From the NCBI GenBank assembly GCA_016839765.1, contig JAEOTP010000071.1:1-64000 (forward strand): a stretch of 64,000 bases of DNA, read 5' to 3'. Under the pieces are notes generated by a model. It made no database searches, was not told the origin of the DNA, and saw nothing but the letters and a program-made list of their open reading frames with translations. Made by a program: the position numbers and the translations under genes. Every line of letters starts with the position of its first letter. The stretch's first letter is position 1. This DNA is from Promethearchaeota archaeon (lineage in GTDB: Archaea; Asgardarchaeota; Lokiarchaeia; Sigyniarchaeales; SOKP01). This document shows, one piece after another, positions 39,330 to 49,726 of this stretch.

Positions 39330-41492
39330 TTATTTTTTAATACACTTATCATTTAAAATTTTGTAACCAACACATTTAGAGCAGAAACCTTTACCACTTC
39401 TCTCATTTAAGCCCTCATTCCAGCATTTAGGACATAAGTAATAGATAAATGGCTTGTTATATTTATGTAAAGTCACTTCGAAAATGTTAAATTCACATAA
39501 TAAACATACAGCATTTAATAATTCTAGTTTTCCATTTTTGGGTAAAGATAAATATTTTTTACAATTGTCATCTGAACAAACGAGAAATCGTTTTTTGGGA
39601 AGATTAACAAATTTCATAGGATAATTATTACAAAAGGGACAATTTGACTTTGTTAGAGGAAACTCTTTAGGAACTCGTAGATCTAACTTCTGTTTAAAAT
39701 TGTCTATATTTGAGATTATACTCTCTTTATTTGCCAGTAATTTGTCAAATAATACTAAAAAATCTCTTTTAATTTCATTAACCACATTCTGCCAACTAAT
39801 TTTTCCATCCTTAATATCTTCTAATTTTATTTCAACATCCTTGGTGAAACTTGGTTTTAAAAATGGTAACCATATCTTTATTAAATTTTCAATTAGAAAT
39901 TTTCCTAAATCGGTTATGAAATATCGATATCTCATCCGTTTAATTAATTTCCTAGTTTGAAGTATTCTGATTATTATGGGTCTTGTTGATTTTGTGCCTA
40001 GATGATTTTTTTCCATTAATTTAAGTATAGTTGTATCTGTATATCTAGGTGGAGGTTGAGTTTGTTTTTGATTGAATAGAATTTCCTTAATTGGTATTTG
40101 ATCGCCCAAAATTTGTATTTCTGTATCATATTTGGGTTTCAGAAACGGAGCAATTTCCAAGAAACCCTCAGAAATTAATAATACTATTTGAGCATTGAAT
40201 GGCTCATCCTTAATCAAAAGTTTTAGAAATTGTTTTGATTCAGTCGCTTCTTCACCAAATAAAGCAAGATAGTGCCTTGCTAGTAAATTGTATACTTTCT
40301 TCTGAAGATCATTCTCAAGTTTATCATCCACTAATTCTAAACTAACAAGAGGAGTAATTGGTGGATGATCACCTGCATCTTTTTTACCTCTAGTTGGCTT
40401 AATTCTATTATTCCTTAATAGCTTATCTGTATAGCAACCAAATGAGGAGTGATTTAGGAAATTGCTAATTAAGTCTTTATGGTTAAAATCTGGTTTATAA
40501 ACATCACTTTCTGTTCTAGGGTAAGATATTATTTTATTTAGATATAAGGAATTCATCGTGCTCATCGCAACATGAGCTGATAGCTTTAAATTTTTGGTTA
40601 ATAGAATTAGTGCCTTTGAAGTATTTAATGGGGTTGGTGGAGCTCTTTTAGTAAGCTTTTTAGCATGATCTATAATTTTAGCAATTTTTTCGTTTTTAAT
40701 TTTAAGATATATTTCTCTAGCTTTTTTCTCATACTGTTTTTTAAAAGGATTTAAATCATGTTGTGCCTTAAAATGACCTTTTTCATGTATTAGAACAGCT
40801 TCTATTGTGAAATAAGGCTCTGGCACAAAGGTAAGTATTTCTTGTTCTCTTAAATAAATTAAATATAAAAGCGATGTTTGCACCCTTCCAATTGAAGTGA
40901 ATTTAACTCTAAATCTATTTAATAAAGGACGAAGTGTGCTTGTAATTTCTCTTGTGGATGAAAAACCAATAATAGCATCAATTATAGAGCGTGCTTCTCC
41001 AGATTCACCCCAATTGTATTTAGGAGTAATTAAATTATTAAATTTTTGTAAAATTTCAGTTTTTTGAAGTGAGCTCAGCCATAGTTGAGATACTCTAATA
41101 TTTGGTTTTATTTGTTTTATATATGGTAATGCATCAAACAGTCCAATATTACAACCTTCTATATCTGCATCTGTGCCAATAATACAATGATTTGAAATTT
41201 TAGAGTACTCTTTTAATGCTTTAATATAAGGACCCGTAGAGCTTATCGGAACCTTTTTTATGGCATTTGGATTTGTAATAATTTCACGTGGATTAGTATT
41301 TACCCAACTTTTAAAACTCGGTGTATTTCGATATTCTAGAATATGACCTCTTAGTGGAATCACAAAAACATTTCTTGAAGGAACATGATAAATATTATAC
41401 TTTTTTGTTTTATTAATTGTTTTAACTGGTCCAAGAGCTTCCGCTATAGCTTCAGCTGCTTTTTTTTTCTCAGAAATTATTATAGTTGACAT
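39330..41492 (-). CDS. topA: Type IA DNA topoisomerase with C-terminal Zn ribbons
   Basis: IISEK, GHI, TDADIEG (TOPRIM), GRVQT, ISYPRTES (catalytic Tyr), H.PITP, PP.RY, LGTKSTR, several CxxC. Confidence 0.9.
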   Translation of the reverse strand: MSTIIISEKKKAAEAIAEALGPVKTINKTKKYNIYHVPSRNVFVIPLRGHILEYRNTPSFKSWVNTNPREIITNPNAIKKVPISSTGPYIKALKEYSKISNHCIIGTDADIEGCNIGLFDALPYIKQIKPNIRVSQLWLSSLQKTEILQKFNNLITPKYNWGESGEARSIIDAIIGFSSTREITSTLRPLLNRFRVKFTSIGRVQTSLLYLIYLREQEILTFVPEPYFTIEAVLIHEKGHFKAQHDLNPFKKQYEKKAREIYLKIKNEKIAKIIDHAKKLTKRAPPTPLNTSKALILLTKNLKLSAHVAMSTMNSLYLNKIISYPRTESDVYKPDFNHKDLISNFLNHSSFGCYTDKLLRNNRIKPTRGKKDAGDHPPITPLVSLELVDDKLENDLQKKVYNLLARHYLALFGEEATESKQFLKLLIKDEPFNAQIVLLISEGFLEIAPFLKPKYDTEIQILGDQIPIKEILFNQKQTQPPPRYTDTTILKLMEKNHLGTKSTRPIIIRILQTRKLIKRMRYRYFITDLGKFLIENLIKIWLPFLKPSFTKDVEIKLEDIKDGKISWQNVVNEIKRDFLVLFDKLLANKESIISNIDNFKQKLDLRVPKEFPLTKSNCPFCNNYPMKFVNLPKKRFLVCSDDNCKKYLSLPKNGKLELLNAVCLLCEFNIFEVTLHKYNKPFIYYLCPKCWNEGLNERSGKGFCSKCVGYKILNDKCIKK

Positions 41493-41695
41493 TATAGCTA
41501 TTCTATATTACGCTTTTATTGTTTTAAAAAATTTGAAATAATTAATTTAAGTTTTGATACAATTCAGAATTTCTAATTATTTAAAAAGAAAAATTCCTTT
41601 ACTTAGTTTTAAAGAAATGAACCGTATTATTATATTTAATTATTAGTAGTAGAAGATGCATTCAGAGATCCTTTTAGGTATTGTAACCTAATAAT

Positions 41696-44600
41696 TTAAT
41701 TCTCCCTAAGTGGTAAATTAAAGAAAAACTCAGTTCCTTTGTTTAAACCTTCAGATTTGACCCAAATATTTCCACCGTGAGCTTCTATAATCCCCTTAGC
41801 AATATATAATCCTAATCCACTTCCTTTTTCGAAAGCAGAAAGGTTTTCAGAATACTGCCCAATGGAGACAAATTTTCCAAATAATTTTTCTATCTCCTTT
41901 TTAGTTAATCCTTTTCCGTAATCTTTTACTCTAAATAGAAAATTATTAGTTTGTTTTTCAGCGGAGATTTCTATTAAACCACCTTCATTAGAAAACTTAA
42001 TAGCGTTGGAAATAAGATTTGAAAAAACTTGATAAATTCTCAATGAATCCACATTTAATTTAAGAGATTTATCAAGGTTTAATTTTAATTTTAAATTTTT
42101 TTGATTAATTTGAAAATATAATTCTAACAGGGAATTTTCTACAATATCATGAATTTGTTCTTCAGTAAATTCTAAATCCATCTTTTTAGCATCTATTTTC
42201 ATAACATCCATCAAGCTATTGATGTAATCTTCAAGTCGACGGACATTACTTAGAGATCTCTCTAAATCCTCTTTAATCTCTTCTTTTAAATCTTTTTCTC
42301 TCATAAAGATAAGATCTATATATCCTCCTACAGAAATTAGGGGTGTTTTTAGTTCATGAGCAGCAATACTAATGAAATCAGTTTTTAACTTATCTAATTC
42401 TCTTAATTCGATATTTTGTTCCCTTAATATGCTCTCTGATTCAATTAACTTCTGTTCAGCAATCTTTTTATCAGTAATATCCAATATTATAATTTGTATA
42501 AATACCTTATTACCCAATTTAATAGTTGAAATTTCTGATTCAACCCATGCAATCGTTCCATCTTTCTTAAAAATCTGTATAGCTTGAGGTTTCATTTTTG
42601 GCATCATAAATTCTCCATCACTAATAAGATTTGTAATTCTACGTAATGCCAACTTAGTATCAGAGGGATAAACATCTAATAAATGAAGATAATTTTTACC
42701 AATTAAATCTTCTTTTGTATAACCGAATAAACTTGGTGTTGTAGAATTAACATCAATTATTATACCCTTTAAATCTAATAATACAATACCATAGGGGGAG
42801 TTTTCAAATAAATGTCTATATTTTTCCTCAGATTCTATTAATTTTTCTTCAGCAATTTTCTTGTCTGTGATATCTATGAATGTAGCTAACACAGCAGATT
42901 TCCCTTTATATTCTATTAACTGTGAATGCAACTCTATCCATTTAATTTCTTTTGAAGTTGTAATTATTCTACAATTATAATGAGATGGTAATTTAGATCC
43001 TTCATTCAATTTTGTTGTAAGGTGTTCAAATACAAGATATTGGTCCTCATCATGAATCTTTTGGAAGAACTCATTTTGAGTCCAATTATTTATTTCCTCA
43101 GAAGTATATCCCGTAATTTTAGATATAGCATCGTTAACGTATTTAATATATCTATCTTGTAGAATTACTATACCCATTGAAGACTGTTCAGTTATAGTCC
43201 TAAATTTTTCTTCTGATTCTCTTAATTCCTTAGTTCTTTCTAGAACAATTTGTTCAAGCTCTTTATTCAATTTTTTTAATTCTTCCTCTGATTGCTTCTT
43301 TTCTGTTATATCTCTTCCGATAATAATTCCTTTAGTCTTACCATCTAAGTCAGTAAATGCACTCCCTTTAACTTCTATCCAGATATAATTACCTTTTTTA
43401 TGACGTATTCGAAATTCTGATACGGCCTCACCTTTTTTAAGGCCTTCAATCAAAGTATTCAATGCTATTTTTTTCTCATCAGGATAAACAAGGCTTAACA
43501 CTGATGTACCAATTATTTCTTCTTTCTTATATCCTAATATATCAAAAAACGGTTGTTCATTGGCATATTCAAATTTTAAATTTTGATTTATTATTGAAAT
43601 CAGGTCATAAGCATTCTCAGAGATAAGCCGATATCTTTCTTCTGATTCTTTTAATTCTTGTTCTAAAAGATATTTATCAGTGATATTATGAATTATTCCA
43701 TAGAATCCAATCTTATTTCCTTCCGAATTATACTTTAAGTCTACAGAGGTCTCTAGGATGATGATTTCTCCATCTTTTCTTTTAAATTCGAATTGGAGAA
43801 ATTTCTGGCCTGTACCGGTTTCATATACTTGGTTGAATGCCTCAAATGCTTTATTCCTGTTTTTTTCATCAGCAAATTTTTTGTAACTACTTTCTAAAAT
43901 TTCGGTTTCATAATATCCAAAGATTTCACAAAAAGAATTATTGATAAAAATGAAATTTCCTCTTAAGTCAACCTCAAAATATCCTTCTTTAATATTCTCG
44001 AGTATACTTCGATACTTTAATTCTGATTGACTTAATTTTTGTTCAGAAATTATTCTATTACTGATATCGTTATAAGTAGATAGAAGTCCAATTACATTAC
44101 TTTCTAAATTATGTAGTGGGATTCTATTCACTTCAAACCATACTTTATTTCCATCTGGTAAAGCCCAGGATTCTACTGAATACTCACTTTTATTAGCTTT
44201 AATTGTATGACTTTCTCTTTCTTGAATATGGTTTAAATTATTTTTAGGCCATGGTAATTCTATGTCTCTCTTCCCAACAATGAAATTTGGATCTCTTAAT
44301 TTATTTAATAAAGCATAATTATTGTTACACCCTAAATAATTTAAGTCAATGTCCTTCCAGAAAATAAATTGTGGAATATTTTCAATTACTAAATCTAACA
44401 TTTCATACGTTTCTTGTATAGCTACTTTTGAACTCTTTGATTGTAATAACTTCCAGAATCTTATTTCTGGTAGAGTTCCAGTCATTTCTTTTAACTTTTT
44501 AGTACCTTTTATCCATTCATATTCAAGTTCTTTAAATTTTGAAATATCTTTTGAAATGAGAAAAATTTTAGCATTATAAGCTTTATCAAAAAATCTTTTT

Positions 44601-44890
44601 CCTTTAACTTCATAGTAATTATAATCACTATTAGTCATTATTCTAAATTCTTCCACGGCTTCTCCGGATTTTAATACTCTTTTTAGAAATAAAACGGCTC
44701 TTTTTATATCAGAATCATAAACATAATCTGTAAATTTATTAGACAAACAAGAATAACCAATTGAATCCAGATGAATTTTCTCATTTAAATATTCACATTC
44801 AAAGGATTCATTTAGGATGTAAATCAAATCCTCAATATTATCAGAAAGAACGTCTATTAGGTTGTAATTACCATTTGAAATTGCTGACAT
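41696..44890 (-). CDS. Multi-PAS (about 6) cytoplasmic sensor histidine kinase
   Basis: Repeated SEEK(Y/F)R...EN..PAS...DIT..K units; AHELKTPL H-box; NLISNAIKF, D.GKG, GSGLGL. Confidence 0.92.
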   Translation of the reverse strand: MSAISNGNYNLIDVLSDNIEDLIYILNESFECEYLNEKIHLDSIGYSCLSNKFTDYVYDSDIKRAVLFLKRVLKSGEAVEEFRIMTNSDYNYYEVKGKRFFDKAYNAKIFLISKDISKFKELEYEWIKGTKKLKEMTGTLPEIRFWKLLQSKSSKVAIQETYEMLDLVIENIPQFIFWKDIDLNYLGCNNNYALLNKLRDPNFIVGKRDIELPWPKNNLNHIQERESHTIKANKSEYSVESWALPDGNKVWFEVNRIPLHNLESNVIGLLSTYNDISNRIISEQKLSQSELKYRSILENIKEGYFEVDLRGNFIFINNSFCEIFGYYETEILESSYKKFADEKNRNKAFEAFNQVYETGTGQKFLQFEFKRKDGEIIILETSVDLKYNSEGNKIGFYGIIHNITDKYLLEQELKESEERYRLISENAYDLISIINQNLKFEYANEQPFFDILGYKKEEIIGTSVLSLVYPDEKKIALNTLIEGLKKGEAVSEFRIRHKKGNYIWIEVKGSAFTDLDGKTKGIIIGRDITEKKQSEEELKKLNKELEQIVLERTKELRESEEKFRTITEQSSMGIVILQDRYIKYVNDAISKITGYTSEEINNWTQNEFFQKIHDEDQYLVFEHLTTKLNEGSKLPSHYNCRIITTSKEIKWIELHSQLIEYKGKSAVLATFIDITDKKIAEEKLIESEEKYRHLFENSPYGIVLLDLKGIIIDVNSTTPSLFGYTKEDLIGKNYLHLLDVYPSDTKLALRRITNLISDGEFMMPKMKPQAIQIFKKDGTIAWVESEISTIKLGNKVFIQIIILDITDKKIAEQKLIESESILREQNIELRELDKLKTDFISIAAHELKTPLISVGGYIDLIFMREKDLKEEIKEDLERSLSNVRRLEDYINSLMDVMKIDAKKMDLEFTEEQIHDIVENSLLELYFQINQKNLKLKLNLDKSLKLNVDSLRIYQVFSNLISNAIKFSNEGGLIEISAEKQTNNFLFRVKDYGKGLTKKEIEKLFGKFVSIGQYSENLSAFEKGSGLGLYIAKGIIEAHGGNIWVKSEGLNKGTEFFFNLPLREN

Positions 44891-45081
44891 TTTTTATTTA
44901 AACCTTAAGAGGTAATTCAAAAATTATAACAAATATTATATAGAACTTAAATGTTTAATAAAAAATTAATTTTTTCATAAAAAAGTAAAAACTATTTCAT
45001 ATCAAAACCCCGTTTTGTTGATATATTTTAAAACTTAATCGTTAAATAAATATATTATCATGATTATTTTATTATCAGTTA

Positions 45082-45690
45082 ATGTCATTTGTAGAACCTT
45101 CTTTCGAGATAGATAATAAAGGGCGTGTAATTTGTCAATATCATAGTCAATTTCCTTTTTTTATGAAACCAGAAAAAACCACTCTAGAAGAAGAATACGT
45201 TGATAAAATATTAACATGTAAAACTTGTCAGCATTATAAAGAAAATGACTGTTTTTTTCCAAAATTGGAAGTTGATAGGATCGAATCAGATAGAAACAGA
45301 GGACATTTTCAATGTAAATTATGTGGGAATAAAATCCATCGTATTCTAACCATAATTCAAAGGTTATATGTAAAAGACCGATTTAATATTGATATTCCAT
45401 TAATATGTTGTGATTGCTATGAGAGTTTAAAAGAAAATAGTTTACTCAAAAATTTTAAACACTTTGTATCAGAAAAAAAATATGATCCTATGATATCTTT
45501 TGAATTTTTAATCATATTAGGAATGGTTGCTATCTTATTAGCAGTATTTTTACCATTTCTGTTTCAGTTTTTAATAATTTTTATTATATATTGGATATTT
45601 GTCTTAGGTTTCTATATATATTACTACATAAGAAGATTTTATTATATAAATAAAGGAAAGAAGTATTATACTAAGTTCTCTAAAAAATGA
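45082..45690 (+). CDS. Cys-rich (Zn-finger-like) protein with two C-terminal TM helices
   Basis: CQYH, CKTCQHY...C, CKLC, CCDC; hydrophobic C-terminus. Confidence 0.65.
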   Translation: MSFVEPSFEIDNKGRVICQYHSQFPFFMKPEKTTLEEEYVDKILTCKTCQHYKENDCFFPKLEVDRIESDRNRGHFQCKLCGNKIHRILTIIQRLYVKDRFNIDIPLICCDCYESLKENSLLKNFKHFVSEKKYDPMISFEFLIILGMVAILLAVFLPFLFQFLIIFIIYWIFVLGFYIYYYIRRFYYINKGKKYYTKFSKK

Positions 45691-45754
45691 GTATGCTAAT
45701 TTGAAACATATTAAATTAATTATATTAAAATTATTTCAAATCTTCTTAGATTTT

Positions 45755-46246
45755 TTAAAGGTTCACTTTAAAAATATCTTGAATTGATTTTTCTTGCCGT
45801 TCCTTTTCCAATATATGGCGCCAATTTGGTTCAATTTCATCAAAAGCCTTTTGAGCAAGATTTTTTAATTTATCATCTGTTGAGTTCAAAAAATGCCCTA
45901 TAAAAACTAAAGCTCTTTTATCCTTAATTTTCATAAAGCTTTCAATTATGAAGATGATTTTTAATTTATTTTTTTCTATTTCTGGTTTATCTAATTCTTC
46001 TTTTAATTTTTCAATAATCCCTAAAGTTGCTCTCCCGTCTCCAATTTGCCCTAGCGCCTCAATTATCCGATTAATTACCATAGGATCATATTCATTTTTT
46101 AAAGCTCGGCAAAGTAAATTTACAGCTCTCCCATCCCTAAGAAATCCTAATTGCCTCGCAGCTTCTGCTCTTTTCTGATGATCCCTATGATGGAATAATT
46201 GTTTTATCAATGCATTAAAATGAGCATTTTTTTTATGCCAGTCCAT
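45755..46246 (-). CDS. HEAT-repeat (PBS lyase-like) protein
   Basis: RAEAARQLG...D.RAV..L, IIEALGQIGD.RA repeats. Confidence 0.8.
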   Translation of the reverse strand: MDWHKKNAHFNALIKQLFHHRDHQKRAEAARQLGFLRDGRAVNLLCRALKNEYDPMVINRIIEALGQIGDGRATLGIIEKLKEELDKPEIEKNKLKIIFIIESFMKIKDKRALVFIGHFLNSTDDKLKNLAQKAFDEIEPNWRHILEKERQEKSIQDIFKVNL

Positions 46247-46347
46247 AACTACAATAATAATAGTAAAAATGTTATTATAATCTAATCTTTATATTTCATA
46301 ATCCAAATAAGTGATCAAGAAACTAAAAATCAAGGAGGAGGAGGTTT

Positions 46348-47679
46348 TTATTTATTTAATAGAGAATTCATATGATCAATACGTTTCTGTAATATTTTTA
46401 AAGTGCCTACATCTTTTCTATGGAATAAATTCCCCTTAATACACCCTACTCCTTGTTCAGCAATCTTTTCAGCCTGTTCTAAATTATCAGCAATCCCTAA
46501 GATTCCTATTGCTCTTGAGGTCGTAGTGTAAATTTTATTCTGCTCCTTATATACTGAAGCATAATAGAATTTTGCTCCTATGTCTGCTAACTTTTTTCTA
46601 TTAATTTTTACCAATTCATCTTTTTTTGGAGATACAGGATATCCTTCAGGAGCTAAATACTTGCAAACCGTCGCCATTCTCTTAAATTTAATATCTGATG
46701 ATAATTTTTTATCAATTATTTCCATACAAATGTCATAAAAATTCTTCTCTAATAAAGGCAACACATTCATAGCTTCAGGATCACCAAACCTTACATTAAA
46801 CTCAATTAATTTAATACCTTTAACTGTTTTCATGAATTGTCCGTATAAAAATCCTTTATATTCAACACCCGTTTCTTTTTTAACTGCATTAACCACTAGT
46901 GTCATGTCTTTAAGAGCCTTATCAAAGTCATTCTTATCGATAAAGGGCATGAGGTGATCCTCCATCGAATATGATCCCATACCTCCAGTATTGGGCCCTT
47001 CATCATTTTCATAGGCTCTTTTGTGATCCTGAACAAGTGGTGTACCCACAACATTTTTTCCATCAACGAAGGTTTGAAGGGTAAATTCTTCTCCCTCGCA
47101 CTTTTCTTCCAATAAGAATCCGCTTTTTTTCTGGATTAACTCTTGGCAATAATCAATGATGTCCTTTTTTGAAAAGAGATGATCACCATAAACTTTCACT
47201 CCTTTTCCACCAGTTAAACCATCTGGCTTAACTACAATGTTTTCCTCTCCCATATCTTTAATATAACTAGCAACTCCGTCCATTGAAAAAAACTTTTTAC
47301 TTAAAATATTAGAAGGGATTTTATATTTTTCTAATAGCCCTCTAGTAAATATTTTTGACCCTTCTAGTTGAGCAGCTTCAATTTTAGGACCTACACAGGG
47401 AATTCCACTCTTTTCAAGTGCATCTACTATTCCAACTACTAAAGGAGCTTCAGGACCAATAATAACAAAATCAATTTTTTTTTCTTTACAGTATTCAATA
47501 ATTTCCTTAAAATCTGTTTCTGAATGAATTTTAACTTTTCCTTTACTTAATTCATCCAATCCAGCATTTCTAAAACTCATAAAGGCAAATAGATTTACTC
47601 CACTATTTACTAAAGCCTCTCCAATTACATGTTCTCTTGCCCCATGCCCAACCATTAAAGTATTTATCATATCAATCAA
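46348..47679 (-). CDS. purD: Phosphoribosylamine--glycine ligase
   Basis: G.GAREH, IGPEAPL..G..D, AQLEGSK, KPDGLTGGKGV, QDHKR...GPNTGGMG, EFNVRFGDPE. Confidence 0.95.
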   Translation of the reverse strand: MIDMINTLMVGHGAREHVIGEALVNSGVNLFAFMSFRNAGLDELSKGKVKIHSETDFKEIIEYCKEKKIDFVIIGPEAPLVVGIVDALEKSGIPCVGPKIEAAQLEGSKIFTRGLLEKYKIPSNILSKKFFSMDGVASYIKDMGEENIVVKPDGLTGGKGVKVYGDHLFSKKDIIDYCQELIQKKSGFLLEEKCEGEEFTLQTFVDGKNVVGTPLVQDHKRAYENDEGPNTGGMGSYSMEDHLMPFIDKNDFDKALKDMTLVVNAVKKETGVEYKGFLYGQFMKTVKGIKLIEFNVRFGDPEAMNVLPLLEKNFYDICMEIIDKKLSSDIKFKRMATVCKYLAPEGYPVSPKKDELVKINRKKLADIGAKFYYASVYKEQNKIYTTTSRAIGILGIADNLEQAEKIAEQGVGCIKGNLFHRKDVGTLKILQKRIDHMNSLLNK

Positions 47680-47858
47680 ACCTCAGAAAAATTAGATTAT
47701 TTTAATTTATTTTAAAATTAATTTTAAAATTTCTATTAACCAATAATTATTGGAGTCTTTATTTTTTAATAGAATAAAAAATAATAATTAATTTTAATTT
47801 ATTCTCTATAAGCTATATACTACTATAGAAATACAACTAAATTGAGATTTGAACAAAA

Positions 47859-49001
47859 ATGTCACTAGATAAATATCGTAAAGCTGCTCGTGTTATTGTA
47901 AAAGCGGGATTTTTACCATTTCCTGTAAACGATACTATGATTGAGCTTTTGAAGATATTATTGGATGAAGAAGATTTAGATTTTATTATGGCATTTAAGA
48001 GAAAACCCTCACAAACCATGGAGCAATTAAAAGTAAGCAGTAAAATGTCAGAGGAAGAGATATTATCTCACGTAAAAAAATTAGCTAAAAAAGGTTTTAT
48101 ATTCAATCAACCAAGCTCAAAAGGAGTTATGGTATATCGCCTAATGCCCTTAGTAATGGTTGGAGTATTTGAATACACTTTTATGAAAAAAATCGAATTT
48201 ACTGAAGACAATAAAGAATTAGCTGCATTATTTGCTAAACTTTTTAATGAATTATCAGACTTTATACAAGAAAATTATGATACTGTAATAACGCTATTTC
48301 AAAATATGCCACCATTTGATAGGACAATACCTATTTTAGATAAAAATGTATCTGGTGAAGAAATAAACATAGAGATTAACGAAAAATTAGAAGTTCCAGA
48401 AGAGATAATTATTCCTACACAGAAGATGGAAGATTTAATTAAAAAGTTCAAAGATATAGCTGTAGGCTATTGTTTTTGTAGACACCATCAAGATTTGTTG
48501 GGAAATCCATGTAAACAAACTGAATTAAGAGAAAATTGTTTTACATTCGGAAAGTCCGCTAGATATGTTTCGGAGCAAGGATTTGGAAGGATCATTTCAC
48601 AGGAAGAGGCTTTAAAATTAATAAAGGAATCTGAAAAAGATGGGTTAGTGCATAAAGCTTGGCATCCTCATTCTGATATCTCTAAAGATGAAACAAGCAT
48701 ATGTAATTGCTGCGAAGATTGCTGTGGTACGTTTGATTGGTGGAGAAGAGGCTCGACAGCAATGATAAATTCAACCAATTATATTTCGATTATCGATAAA
48801 GATTCATGCGTAGGATGTGGTACGTGTTTAGAAAAATGTCCTGTTGGTGCTATTGAATTAAACGGTGATGATAAGGCAGAAAGGAATTCAGATTGGTGTA
48901 TAGGATGTGGAGTATGTGTGCACTTTTGCCCAGAAAATGCAATCTCATTAAAAGAAGGAATGAGAAAAGTTTATGTTCCTCCCCCAAGATTAAGAAGTTA
49001 G
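47859..49001 (+). CDS. 4Fe-4S dicluster-domain protein with N-terminal HTH-like region
   Basis: CFCRH, CNCCEDCC, CVGCGTCLEKCP, CIGCGVCVHFCP. Confidence 0.85.
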   Translation: MSLDKYRKAARVIVKAGFLPFPVNDTMIELLKILLDEEDLDFIMAFKRKPSQTMEQLKVSSKMSEEEILSHVKKLAKKGFIFNQPSSKGVMVYRLMPLVMVGVFEYTFMKKIEFTEDNKELAALFAKLFNELSDFIQENYDTVITLFQNMPPFDRTIPILDKNVSGEEINIEINEKLEVPEEIIIPTQKMEDLIKKFKDIAVGYCFCRHHQDLLGNPCKQTELRENCFTFGKSARYVSEQGFGRIISQEEALKLIKESEKDGLVHKAWHPHSDISKDETSICNCCEDCCGTFDWWRRGSTAMINSTNYISIIDKDSCVGCGTCLEKCPVGAIELNGDDKAERNSDWCIGCGVCVHFCPENAISLKEGMRKVYVPPPRLRS

Positions 49002-49031
49002 ATTAGTTTTTCTGTTGTGTCTAATCTTTTT

Positions 49032-49685
49032 TTATTCAAATGTATGAATTTTTTCTTTAAATTGTTCTATTGTGTTTAGGATTTCATTTAATCTTAAATT
49101 AAATTCTTTTGGTTTAATTTTTTTAAATTTTTCAAAATTATTGGCAATTTCTTTGAATTCATCAACCCATATTTTCATTAGAATTTCGCTTTCTTGCCCT
49201 TGAATCCTATTCTTTAATTCTGTTGAAACTAATAACTTTATTTTATCAATGAGTTTTTTTTCATTTATAGCGTAAGATATTTTTAATACATCTTGTTGAG
49301 TTTTAAGAGTACCTAGCTCCTCTGAAACTTCGGATTTATGTTTAAAAAACTCATCATTAAATTTTTTAATCATATCCATTATGATTTCTTCTTGAACTTT
49401 AATTTTTTCCTCAATTTGTTCCCTATTATAATAGGTTTCTTTATTAATATTATTAACATCGCTTTCTAATTTATTGGCTTTTTCTATTACTTCTTGAATC
49501 TCTTTAGGAAGGTTTTTAATAGGATTTAGTTTATTTTCGATTTTTTCAATCCTATCTGTTAAATTTTGAATTGATTTAGGCAAAGTTTTTAATCCATTTA
49601 TTTGATTTTCTATCTTTCTTACTTGATCTGTCAGGTTTTGGAAATCTTTTGGGGTAATCTCTTCTAATTTCTCTTTTTTAGGAAT
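49032..49685 (-). CDS. Coiled-coil protein with 24-aa repeats; frame extends 34 codons upstream of the ORF-track start to a probable ATT start
   Basis: PKDFQNLTDQVRKIENQINGLKTL / PKSIQNLTDRIEKIENKLNPIKNL repeat spans the ORF-track start; GGTGA 6 nt before ATT. Confidence 0.7.
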   Translation of the reverse strand: MPKKEKLEEITPKDFQNLTDQVRKIENQINGLKTLPKSIQNLTDRIEKIENKLNPIKNLPKEIQEVIEKANKLESDVNNINKETYYNREQIEEKIKVQEEIIMDMIKKFNDEFFKHKSEVSEELGTLKTQQDVLKISYAINEKKLIDKIKLLVSTELKNRIQGQESEILMKIWVDEFKEIANNFEKFKKIKPKEFNLRLNEILNTIEQFKEKIHTFE

Positions 49686-49726
49686 CTAACATCACCATAA
49701 TTACTGTTTTAAATAAAATATTTTCA

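Noticed and set aside
47740-47753. Palindrome CCAATAATTATTGG (and TAGAGTA-A-TACTCTA at 59335-59349)
   Set aside because: Single short AT-rich palindromes with no nearby regulator; insufficient support.
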